From the NCBI GenBank assembly GCA_040437565.1, contig JBDOQK010000060.1:1-64000 (forward strand): 64,000 nucleotides of DNA, read 5' to 3'. The stretch is from Albugo candida (Eukaryota). This document shows positions 25,201 to 37,491 of the stretch, in pieces. Every line of letters starts with the position of its first letter. Position 1 is the stretch's first letter. The position numbers were made by a program, and so were the translations under genes. The notes under the pieces are model-generated. The model had not been told where the DNA came from. It did no database searches and saw only the letters and a program-made list of their open reading frames with translations.

Positions 25201-27405
25201 GTTTTTTCAGTCAACGGTCATTGGGGTGCAGGGTGGTCTGCGTCAGGGCTGAAGGCACGTCGTGTTACTGCATCTCTTTCCAGTAGAGAAGTCTTTGTCG
25301 GTGGACATCCGTGAGCTAGCCGGCTACGCCACTTCATGGAGCTATCTCGTGCACGCTTCTGAGTCTTGACGCCTGTGAGACGTAAAGAGCTGCTAGGCGG
25401 CTACATCTAATCAAGCGTACTCCATGGTGTAGATGTGCTGCTCGGCATTGGAACAGGTTAGCAGTGTACCTTTTTCGGCGCTGGCCTTCTCACGAGATCC
25501 GACGTGGTCCCTGTCTTGCACACGCTCCTGCAGGACATTATTAACTGGTACGACGTCAGACAGAGAACGCATTATGTCGGATCGTTGGGAGCGCTGCTGG
25601 TAGTGCCGACTGTTCCCCCTATACTGTTGCGAACGACCTAGAGCCTCCGCGATCATTTAAAGGGAAGTGCCTCGGCTCGACTGAGCAGCATGCTGGTTGT
25701 CGTATCCTTTAGCAAGCTGAAAGCTTTCAAAGTGGACTCAGATGACGACGAAGAGACGACTCGTCTGGCCTCTACGTAGTCTTCTCGCCTAGAATGGTCA
25801 AAGTGCTTATGTTGGGACTGCTTCACCAGCACGTTCGGTTGGATGTCGAGCAGAGATGGGTAAGCTATCCGAATCCGTCGAGAGGGTTCAACGCCTGCGC
25901 CATCATGTGCTTCATGCTCTGTGCCCCACCTACAAATTCAACGGGACGTCGTTCACGTGAAAAGAGGACCGAGTGAACCTTTCAGCGGCTTTGGCGTCTT
26001 GCTGAGCGCATCTTCAAAATGTCCGTCGAGTCCCGTGTCATGATGGTGCTGCTGCCGAGTCAAACGATGTATGGCTACTCGATGAGTCCCGATTTGCCTA
26101 GGCCCTGAGCCAGACGGTGAGGATGCAACGCTTCACGACTGTGAGAACGACTTCATGCAACGTCTGCAAAGTTATATCTACGCACATGCCTTCTCGCCGC
26201 CTGCTCACTCCACCACATCCGTCTACGTCCTGTCGCAGATATCCATCCCCAAAGTCATCACCCTCACCTCACTCTACAGCTGGTTGGTCAATCTCAGCCA
26301 GTCTAAAATACGTACGGTCATCACCGAGCTACGATTGCGCCACCCTACCGGGAGGTCGACAGCGACGTGGAGAGCGCGCGAAAAGTTCACGACTGCGATG
26401 GTGTGACGCCTGCTTTAGTTCTCACGCATGCGATCGCCGAGATACGCACGATATCGACGCTGGTGAGAAAGATCTCGTTGATGCAGGAGCGCACCATGGA
26501 GAAGTTGGGCGATCCATGGCCGGGACGCGGGACATTCAGTTTCTTTTGGCAGATGCAATCTCGTTGAAGATACGTCGTAGTTCACCTTTTCTCTTGGAGG
26601 CCAGCACGCTAAATTCCAGGGCAAGAAGGAAGGTATTGCAGGAAGGCCACAGCTTACGTCTGGGAGGTGTGTGCCCGACTTCGTCTCGACTGCGGGAACG
26701 GAAAAATCTGTCTGCGGTGATACGTCGACGAGGTGATGAGATACACGCAGAACATGCAGCTCTTCTCCGCGATGATCATCGGCCTGTTTACCTGCATGAG
26801 GGATGACTTCGAGTGCGTAGAGTGCAGGAGCTACCAATCAGGCTTGTAGGGGTGATTTAACGCGCTTGCACGGGCTCTGTCTATCCTCGCAGAGGATAGG
26901 AAGCCGCCCATTCCTATCCTAAGGGTGCTGCAAAAACCCTTCCAGATGCAAGCCTTTTCAGCGCACAAGAAAGTCATCAGTCCTGCTTATCGATGGACAA
27001 GCGCAGAATACTGTCCACGACTACCGTTCCCGGTCCGACATCTTTCGCTCTCTCTGCGACCTAGTTGCCGCGCCAAAGCCCTATCCAGAGTGCGTCTGTC
27101 GCCCTGGCCCCAAATGAATCTGTCCGATTGCGCACTCTCGCACCGACGAATGCGGCAGACTGCTTCTCGACGTAGGCGCGATAGGACCAGTCGCTGACGA
27201 GGTGTCGCTTGGTAAGCTGAACGTCAACGCATACAAGTTGCACGGGCCACTCAGAACATCGGTCGTGCGAGCAGATTACTCGGTGGAGCAGGCGATCAGT
27301 GAACTGTCGGAGGAGCAGAAGTTAAAGATGCGTAGCGGTCCGCCTAAGGCGACGTCGAATTCTGAGCGGTTAGGCGGGAAAAACGGGACATCACCGGTTC
27401 ACACT
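22290..27405. mobile_element. GC-rich degenerate insertion of unclassified type (probably a decayed retroelement)
   Basis: Visibly higher GC than the flanks. It sits where the paralogous block has 6915-12850; both flanks match the other duplicate. Only fragmentary ORFs (e.g. 22304-22879) and no diagnostic motif recognised. Confidence 0.45.
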
Positions 27406-27702
27406 AAATTCGGTACTATCGAAGATAGTGTAACAATCAAGACGAAAGCAATCGTCATGCTCAAGTGCTGGTTCAACTCACAACGCTAAGATTATCCGGT
27501 GGATCTTCAGAAGTCGAAGATCATTACTGCGGGCACGACATAGGAAAGTCGAAATGCAATTGCAGCTCCCATCCTAGTCTTAGTTGGATGCTGCATTCAG
27601 GCAGGTGTGGTGAGCAACAGCTTTGGCCATTTCAGAACCTTTATAGCATTTACACACTCGACACATGCTCTTGTTTTGGTGGTTTGAGTCTACCACACTG
27701 TA

Positions 27703-30185
27703 TAGTACACGACACTTATAACCAGGAACTTTTTGCCCCTCTTCTTTTCCGTTAAGGCTTCGCTGATATGCGCATAACAAAAAATATGTAACCATTGAAG
27801 GATAGTTCGTTTATTGGCTTACCTCACAGTGTTTTCGGAATTTGGTTAGGCCAATTTTCCATGGAGCAGTAACGGTTTGAAATCCGGCAAAAAATCGTGT
27901 ATTTTGCTGACGGGGGCTGTAATTGGCCAACTGTCACTTTTAATCTAAATTAGACTGGCATTTTCAGCCAATGCTTGATGACCATTGGAACGTAAGGACA
28001 GTGGCCGTCAACTCGCTAGTCAAAATATCAAGGTCATTATGGAACACGCCGATGAGACCGATACTTGCGACCAGCGTCTTCTGCCTGCCGTCCACATACC
28101 CCTTGCGATACACATCCATTTATCGCCGGATTTGGTTCAACGAGACGGAGGCAAGTGCTCTTGGGACTGTATAACGCAAGCCAGACCACGAATAATCGCA
28201 GTTCTTCCGAGCAAAGTGCTTTGCAGCTCCCTAGAAGTGTACAATATAATTTAGCTCGCCGCCAAATTTTGGGTAGAAGATCACCACGTGTCCAGCCGCA
28301 AGGATCACCTCCTCCAGCATGCCTCACTGCGAAACAAAGTCTTGTTGTCTTGCCATGATCTTCCTTGCACAAAACGTTTTTTCAACCCCGCATTTGTTCC
28401 GGCAGCTCAAACTGAGACCTTTCTGCCATAGGCCTCGTTCCTGCACAACGATTTTGATGCCCTTCGGTTGTCCGCGACAAGCAAGATCTGGGTGGTCTTT
28501 TAGAAAATTCATGCTCTGAAAATTTCCCTCACCCCAGGTGGTGCTTCAGATGATAGGAAACTCACCACCAGGACCCAACTTCATCCGGGTTGCAAAGGCG
28601 CAGTGCCCAGTTGCATTGTCAAACGCAAAAACAAGGCTTGCTTTCCGGTTAACTGAGCTTCAGAATGGTGATTGGTCTCTCCTTCACCTGCTTCAGTAAG
28701 TGTTCAGCCTCCCACCAACCTTCATGCTGGGTCCCCGAATGCATAATCACACAAGCTTAAGCGGGAAGGTAGGGGTACTGCAACGTTTTCTCATCGTCCA
28801 GTGCTAAGCGACCTCCCACATCACCAAGGAAGCCGCTGACATGAATTGAGCGTCCTACCCCTTTCTTGCGCAATGGCTGCTCACCAGCGGGCAACAATAA
28901 GCGTTTCAAGCCGTCGTGGGAGGCAAAAGCGCTCTCGTCATGGGTCACAAAATCAAGGGGCGCAGCTCTTCGACCGGCCATGAAACACGAACATTCTCAT
29001 CATTTCCATTCAAGTCATCCACTACCGGCAAACGCACTTAACATTTATGCATTTGCTCCAAAACTTTTTGACGATAAGCAACCACATCTTCTCGCTCATG
29101 CCCATCGACATATATGTGGTTTTGAACTTCACGGAACGAGATATCCAGGGAATGCAGCCAGCGCATCGTGGTCCGTTCTGAAATTGTTGGTGATGTTGCA
29201 TATCCAAGGCCGTAGAGAATGTGAGCTGTCAATGTATTTGTTTTAATTTTAAATTTGTTCTCCCGAAGATATTGCTGCAAAGGCATTATATAGTCTTCGT
29301 CTTGTAAAAAGCTCCGGCGCTTTGCACGTTTCCTTGGCGACACAAATGCAGTTTGCCATCCTTTAGGAACATTTGCGCCCAAATGCGAACACAACGTGTG
29401 TGCCAAATTCCTTTGACGGCATTCTCAGATATCAGCTTACTTGCTTCAGGGCGTCTTCTACCCGCCTTACGCATACGCAAATATACAAACCAGCAACCCT
29501 AAGATTTACTGCTGCTTGCGTTTTCTGGGGATTCTGGTTCCCATAGCCACGATCTGCTCAATGGTCATGAAAAGTTGCGATCTCCATTCTTTGCGCGTCG
29601 TCGGCCTAGCTTGCGTTCACTTCACCAGCTGCCCAATACTTAGTCAGAGACCAGCAACCAGCGGCAGCGCGTCTGATTGCGGTGGTTTTTCGCGCTGTCG
29701 TGCGTGCCGAGTTATTAAAAAAGCGTGACGGTCTATTTGACAATTCGTCTGGCTGCGCGGCTCTCATTGCCGCCAGGAATGTTCTTCGTATGTTTTCTGC
29801 AACGCCTTCAGCTTCTTTTCCTTCAGCGTCCAAATTTTCACCCAGAGCCAGAAATTCGTCCTCCAAACTACAACTGGCGTCATCAGAGCTACTAAACACG
29901 ACCACAGCATGTTCATCCATCTTTCGACGCTTACTTTCCACAGCCATTTTGGGCCTAGCCTTCATTTATTGATGGGTCTAGTAGGACGCGGCATTAGGTG
30001 GGGAAGAACAGAAGCTCGGATGCGGTGGCGAAGCCTCGTTCAGTACGGTTCTGGTCCACACAGGTAGAGGGACCCCTATATGATAATGAATTGGTTCAAG
30101 CAAGTAGCGTGACCCCTATAAATCAATTCTTTGATAGAATTGGCCACTGCACTCACCTATTGATGGTTACAAGTGTCGTGCACCG
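27703..30185. mobile_element. Tc1/mariner-type TIR element with a TA target duplication, inserted in the LINE 3' UTR
   Basis: TIRs TAGTACACGACACTTATAACCA (27703-27724) and TGGTTACAAGTGTCGTGCACCG (30164-30185), 18/22 match. TA on both sides. Empty site CACTG-TA-GGAGTATC near 13147-13161. Confidence 0.85.
28037..29965 (-). pseudogene. Frameshifted DDE (IS630/Tc1-like) transposase
   Basis: Motifs YVDGHEREDVVAYR, VTHDESAF, KKGVGRSIHVSGFL, PKGIKIVVQERGLW and KYRSHRR are spread over several frames. Same family as 820-1197. Confidence 0.88.
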
Positions 30186-30815
30186 TAGGAGTATCAGCGA
30201 AACTGTATATTATTATTTCGCCCAGGTATTTGCACGAAACGTTTTTGTAACTGTGTGTAAATTTGTTGTGCAACAAAGCCTGGGCAACTAGAGAAGTATG
30301 TTGGTCTAATTTTATTGAAAAAGGCACCTGCAACAGAGAATGAAACCTACAACTATCAAAACACATTGATAACATGCGGTGTGTGAGTTATGGTGGATTG
30401 TAACCATGACGGTAGCCACACACCCGTCATTAAGCAAAAAAAATACTCTTAATACTACGGCGTTGCCCATATCAAGGTGAATGCACCAGTTAGTCAAACT
30501 GAGACTTAACTTGTTAAAAGGGACGCAGCTGTACGACAGTACCACAATGCACAAAGACGATGCAAGTAGTGAGCTATAACACGTTGAATATTACGCAAGT
30601 TCTTCGCTTTGTGATGCAGCGCAAATGCACACCAATAATGGATGTCTTGCTCATGGCAGTATCGCGATAGAGTGGGTATATGGTCGAGGCAATGTACAAG
30701 TATGGAAGCTACTTGATTTTTGGGGCTTTCGACTGAGGTATCGATATTCCAGTCAGAATAAGTCTTCACATTGCACATCTGCACGAATGGTGTTAGGCGA
30801 ATGCTGGTAACCTCT

Positions 30816-32243
30816 CTTGCAAACAAATTCTTGTACTACAAAGGGCCATCGGGCAAAGCAGTTCGAGAGAAAAGCCATGTATAACAAGCCGAGAGGACGT
30901 GGAAAGATTCTAGATAGAATCACAGATGTTCATCGAGATACACAAACAGCTTCATTTTTCTCGGAGCCCATCCTTAAGGAAGAGAGCGAGCCGAAACCGA
31001 CCGTACGGTATCAAAGATGTACAACGAAAACGACTGGAGATTACTGAGAAAAAAGAACCGCCCTCAGGTGGCGTATAACCGATCAAATAGCAAGGAGAAC
31101 GCTATAACAAGGAAAGCAACGCGTACGAGAACTTGAAGAAGATAAAAACGCCAAGAGACACAAATTTGGGATCTTCGGCTGCAGTGAACTCGCACGGAGA
31201 AATGTATCTTTCTCAGAGTAAGAGTGAAAGTTAATTAATAATAGAAATGCAACGGCCTTCATTCTCATAATAATGATGTCCAATGTCGACTCGATTCCTG
31301 TGCTTTAGCCTCTTTTTCCTTAAGTTGTAGAGTACCACCACTATTTTCACAGCTTTTGCTACACATTTTCGGGAATTTATGAGTAAACCCATGCGTTTTC
31401 CATGATCTCATCAACTGATATACCTTACTACAATAAGCAAANNNNNNNNNNNNNNNNNNNNNNNNNNNNNNNNNNNNNNNNNNNNNNNNNNNNNNNNNNN
31501 NNNNNNNNNNNNNNNNNNNNNNNNNNNNNNNNNNNNNNNNNTAACCGATCAAATAGCAAGGAGAACGCTATAACAAGGAAAGCAACGCGTACGAGAACTT
31601 GAAGAAGATAAAAACGCCAAGAGACACAAATTTGGGATCTTCGGCTGCAGTGAACTCGCACGGAGAAATGTATCTTTCTCAGAGTAAGAGTGAAAGTTAA
31701 TTAATAATAGAAATGCAACGGCCTTCATTCTCATAATAATGATGTCCAATGTCGACTCGATTCCTGTGCTTTAGCCTCTTTTTCCTTAAGTTGTAGAGTA
31801 CCACCACTATTTTCACAGCTTTTGCTACACATTTTCGGGAATTTATGAGTAAACCCATGCGTTTTCCATGATCTCATCAACTGATATACCTTACTACAAT
31901 AAGCAAAATGAGGTCTACGTTTGCAAATGAAACTGTATCAAGGCTGGGAATCAGTCATGCACTATTATCAGGCTATATTCAGGAAATGTAATAGTGGAGA
32001 TACTACGTCACCGCTCGGTGTGTCAACGTCTCCACCTACCGCTCATTACAAAAATAAGTTTTGCACATTATCGTGAAGTGCCTGAGATCATGGTCGCTGC
32101 TCTGTAAAAACGTGGGCATTGAGGAGAGCACCCGCCGAGGAGAAGGCATATGATTATGTGGAATCTCAAATAAATTTGAGGTAAACCGAATGTTGAGCGT
32201 GAAATACTGCTGCCCTGGCAACGCATAAAGCATTTCCGTGATT
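30816..32243 (+). pseudogene. Second decayed partial duplicate of the TTLL gene
   Basis: Colinear with 37780-39370, e.g. tttgcaaatgaaactgtatcaaggctgg and caccgctcggtgtgtcaacgtctcca. Internal deletions and stops. Confidence 0.85.
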
Positions 32244-35200
32244 NNNNNNNNNNNNNNNNNNNNNNNNNNNNNNNNNNNNNNNNNNNNNNNNNNNNNNNNN
32301 NNNNNNNNNNNNNNNNNNNNNNNNNNNNNNNNNNNNNNNNNNNGGTTTCGCTTAAAAAAAGACGGTTTAGGTCAGTATTTTTGCAGGAGTATATTTGAAA
32401 AAGAAAATGGCCGTTTTGACAATGAAACCACTTTGCATGCTTGTGTCTATGCTCACTGTATACCATATCTACCTTGTGCCTCCTGCTAATTGTTCACGTC
32501 ACGCAATCAGAGCAGAGATTATGGCCGCTTACGTATGCTACAACTTTTGGTAGAATAATGAAGCTCGTTCAGGTTGTGGGACTTGCAAACAAGCCGTGTC
32601 CCCTTCCTGCAGGGCATCCTCCTCAATCGATTAGGAGTCGCTATAACCCTAGCTAGATGACGTCATGTTTTCTAAGTCGACTATCTCAAAAACTGTGCAA
32701 CGATTCCTCTGCCCATAATTTCTTGTAGCCCCATTTTTTCATGTATATATGAATGTTTTGAAAGTATGCGAAGTACACGATACATCGATATTCTTACAAA
32801 AGTAGTATAGTAGGCTCATTGGACTCTTACGCGGGGTTCGTGAACTTTCAGCGACGCTTAAGATAAGGTCACCAACTGAATAGTCTGATTGGCTCAAAGA
32901 CTGCGCCAACATCATCTTTCCTATTGCTGGAAGACCCGCAATAAGTGTGCAGATTGATGTGCCGCTGTGTAATGCGGGTGGATAGTGTCTGTGACCGCGA
33001 ATTTTCCAACTTTGCTTCTGCTAGTGAGCACTTGGCATGTCAGATTGGTTCAAATAGCAGTTTGGTGAACGATTCAACACATCAAACGTGAATTTCGGGT
33101 GTAGTAGACCGCGAGTAGCATCCTCGCGCGGTACACATTAAGTTTTCTCTTGTATGCTCTATGTAATTCCATCAAAGACACCATAGCCGTCAACTTGTAT
33201 CAGAAATGAATAGTTGAAGCTTCACTATCATATGTTTATTGGGTCGTAAGGTTAGCTAGATTCCGTATACAATCATTATGATACCGAAATACGAGTCAAT
33301 ATTGTGGATAGAAACCCAAACGGATCTGATTTATGGGTTGTATTAGTACTTTGGATGGCTAGAATACTGCTAACTGTTGATCACATGCGGAGGAAGACGG
33401 ATATTGGCATAGCTGAGAATCTTTGGACGATCCACATTGAAGTATCGAATCATCGTCATCACAATTGCTTACAGCTGCATCCATGCGCGACCGACAAGTA
33501 GAAGTATCGAAAGTAATACCGTTTGTCCTCGGACCTGAGTGAGTCAGCTCTGAGAGATTTCCTTATGCGCTCTACAAGTCAAGCTTTTGGAATCACCACG
33601 ACACGACATCTTGCGTCTACTTCCGATTTTCAAAGCTCTATCTCGATTTAGTGCGTACTGTAATAATGAGACAAAATTAAACTACTTGGAATGGATCTTA
33701 TACTAATCAACTCAGAGAGTTCCCTCTCAATCTTCTGATGGAGACTCGACCAGCGTTCGATCAAAATCGTGGTTGGGATAACACAACGCAAGTGCACTTG
33801 CAAAGTAACCATTCACAATGGCCAAGCACATCGAGAAAGTATTCAAAGATTGATGTCAACCAGCAGATAGAAGGATTCGAAAATTCATGCACCTTCACAT
33901 GATTCGAAAAGCAAAAAATATGATTTCAATACAATCAATGCGTTGCCTCGTATGTCTCGTAACATTCGGTCTAAGCGTCCTTCTGTTATGTGTTCTGACT
34001 TTGCTTCCACTCCAAGTTACGAAAACGTCGTGGCCCTTATATTTTTTGTGGGAACAAATACACAAGATATTTAAGTAATAGATCCTGATCAAAATCTATA
34101 CTCTCATGTGATCATTTATTAATACAAGATCCATCGCCCCTAGAATATTCTAGCAGCCTTGCAGTTAGTATCTGTACACTTCAGGTGCTTGAATGACCAA
34201 ACTTTTCGCAGCGATACGTACCTCAATAATGTTCTTCCGATCGATTTAGCATATAGCATATTGAAGCAGGTCAGGTTGAGAACATCACTTCCAGTTCGCT
34301 AATGATATTGCATGCAACAAAGACGACGATTGTGTTATAGCGTCCACGCTTTGAATCAGTCTGGTACTAAGCAATAGACTTTTAGGAAACTATCTGGATT
34401 CTGTTAGCCAAAAAGGGTCATGTAGTATCGAAGGTACGGCTTATTTGCATAGTGCAATGCTTTGAGCCGTTTCTGTAATGGGTCGAGAAGTCCAATCAAA
34501 GATGTCGTAATGGTGCGAACGGTCCAGCCTTTTCCAAGGCTGAATCAAAATAGTTAGTTTGTTGACAGGGGACTATGTCCGTTAACAGCTCAGACTATTC
34601 ACATTGGATCAGTAGTGCCCGCTGGGGAAATAAACGAATCCCAATACTGGCGCATACTACTATCTAGTGGCCAGTGTCGTGTGTAGTTCATAGCGAGGCG
34701 GATGATAGGGGGGAAATTCCTCACCACACACACCAGCAGAATCAAAAGATCGTCAATAATACCTATTTCAACCTACAACCGCCATTTCAGCACGTATTTG
34801 GTCAATTCAATCGCATTCTAATTGGCGCTGACTGTAACGATCATTGTGCTCCAGCTCAGTAGCAGTCACAGCTCAGCACTTCTTCAATCTTGCGGCTTGC
34901 CTGGTGAAGTATGGTATATGCTCGGGTTTTAGATGCAGGCTTCTATGTTGGAGAAACGTTCATATCTTCTTCTGCTCAAAGAAGCATTACAATCAAGTCA
35001 ATACTTGCCACAAAGTCCCTTGAGCGGTTAAACATTCAAGAGAGGCGTTTTACTGACTAGATGATTTAGTCGCTAAACCTCAAGCGTTTCAATTCTGTAG
35101 AATCTTTTTGGACCGGGTAAGAGCGATGTGGTTACAGGTAGAAAGAAGCCTTGAATAGGAGGACCAGAATCCATCAAGCATGAAGTAATGCCACAACATA

Positions 35201-35752
35201 TATCCTCCAGATTACTATACTGCTGCCGTGTGCGCATGCATTTGTGTAGTGTCGCTCGGAATCATAAAAGGCAAATAGTAACAAAAATAAAGTACAGTAA
35301 GGATCTTAATCGAAAGTCCATAGAACACTTGGTTGATAGATCAAGTCATCTTTGATTTATGTAGTACCAAAGGAAAACATCGGATAACGTTCGATAGCTA
35401 GAAACCTTTGTTACATATGCTTATTGAGCAACTCCTATTTGTGTCCTATTATCACAATTTTTCGCTATCGAGTCCGCATTGAGTCATTTTAACTTGATGT
35501 GTCACTATTAATTCGTACTTAGGACGTAAGGTTGCGCGCGTCTGCAGCGTTTATTGCCTTAAGTTTCCGTTAGGTATCGCTTTTGAGCTAAAAATGTGTG
35601 GTCAGTTGCATGTTTGAGAAGCAAAAAGAACAATAAATCGGGGGTACCATTTGATGAGCTGTTTGCATTAATTAGAAGTAAAATATACGATATCAGCGTA
35701 TTTTTTAATTTTATGTTCGCCTCATCGACTCCATTCATTTCTAAATTTCCAC

Positions 35753-36009
35753 ATGGAATTGAAAAACTGCTTTCTTCGACTTTATGGCGCGCTTCTTTGT
35801 GTTTTGCTCGTAGCACGCATCGATGCATCTTCCTCGCTCGTAGGGAAAGTGGACAACGAGTTGGTGGATGCGATCCGTCAAGTGAGGAAGTATAAAGATA
35901 AAGACAAGTGTATGGCCCTATTCGACTTTAGTGGATCTTTGGCATATGGTTCGCTTGGAGGCGCAATTTTATACTATCAGATTGACCAGATGAAATTCGG
36001 TTTTACACC
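35753..36009 (+). CDS. Secreted HAD-like family protein (copy A3), 5' part only, truncated by a gap
   Basis: MELKNCFLRLYGALLCVLLVARIDASS signal-peptide-like start, then KCMALFDFSGSL and YYQIDQMKFGFT. Open up to the gap. INR+FPR motif immediately upstream. Confidence 0.75.
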
Positions 36010-37491
36010 NNNNNNNNNNNNNNNNNNNNNNNNNNNNNNNNNNNNNNNNNNNNNNNNNNNNNNNNNNNNNNNNNNNNNNNNNNNNNNNNNNNNNNNNNNN
36101 NNNNNNNNNGCTTTTTAATGGCACAAAGTCACTCCCTTTGTCACAACGCATGTTTTTAGACACGATACACATTCGGGTCAATTGATAACACTCGTAAATA
36201 TTTCTGCATGATAATACACTAAATAGCTGTTTATGAGAGCACAAATTGCGGAATTTGTAACCCACAAGATATGCGCTTCTTGCCTCAATGGTATCAATTG
36301 AAGGCGTTTTTATGGCTAGAATTAGACAACGGACGTTCTCAACTATCGAGGCTACCTTGGGTAATAGACACATATACATGATATTTGCATGCCGCAATCG
36401 TACCAACCTCATAACGAAGGAACATTTATTTTCAATAAAAACAACGATGCGAAACATGGTATACAGTCAGCATTTGTTCAACTGAACACAAGACATGCCA
36501 AATTAGTCAGATGTTATTTTCTCTGGCCATTCAAAGACATGGGGATTCAGTGGGCACGTCTGATATGAAATTATGATGCATCCAACAGTACGTGTGTCAT
36601 CACAGTCCCTGCCTATATCTATGCACCTAGCGGTCGTCTCGATTAGCCTTTACGACCTGGTCAGTAAGCTGTTTTCAGTGGAATTTTACATCAACAGCGG
36701 TGCTCGTACGCAAAAATGAAGCACTTTACATTCAAGCCAAATGGCTGACAAGAGCATGCTCCCAAGGCTATCCATTGGGTCAACACACATGGATAAATCG
36801 TGTACATGGATTCTGGACTAGACTAAAATCACGTTCGATACAACGAAATATTGACTGTGAAAGATGGATATAAGTAAATGATGAATGAATTGTGATTTCA
36901 CGTAGTTTTTCCTTTATCGTGAAGTCAAACATGTAAAAGCTTTGGAACAAAGCCAATGACTTCCAATACATCGTTCATGGTTTGCGATATGAGAGATGCG
37001 GTGGGTAGCAATTATGATAGTAGTTATATATGTACGCAAGAAAGCGCGTCGTCATCAAACAAAGGAATACCTTCCAACATGCCACGTTGCCCATATCGAG
37101 GTGAAAGAATCGAAGCACCTGATCTTCTACCGCATACAAATGAATCATTGACGCAAATAAAGAACTCGAACTGTTCTGTATGCAGTACGATAAGGAGCTT
37201 ATGCGCAACATGATGCAAGAATTAGCCATTACTCGTTGCATCGTACGCACATTGACGTATCTTATGGTGCAGCAAAAACTCACGTCAAAAATGGGTGTCT
37301 TGATCATTGCAGTATCGTGAAGTGCGTATATGGTCTGGAGAATGTACAAGGATGGAAGCTGCATGAAAACTGAGATTTTTGATTGTAGTGTTGATAGTGC
37401 AATCATAAGACCTCTTTTGATCACAATATGAGCACAAATGACGTCAGACTGGAAGTGATCATTTTTTCCTGAATCATAGATAAATATAGAT

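Noticed and set aside
36110-37480. Possible divergently transcribed gene upstream of TTLL (several minus-strand ORFs)
   Set aside because: No coherent splice model or motif could be built.
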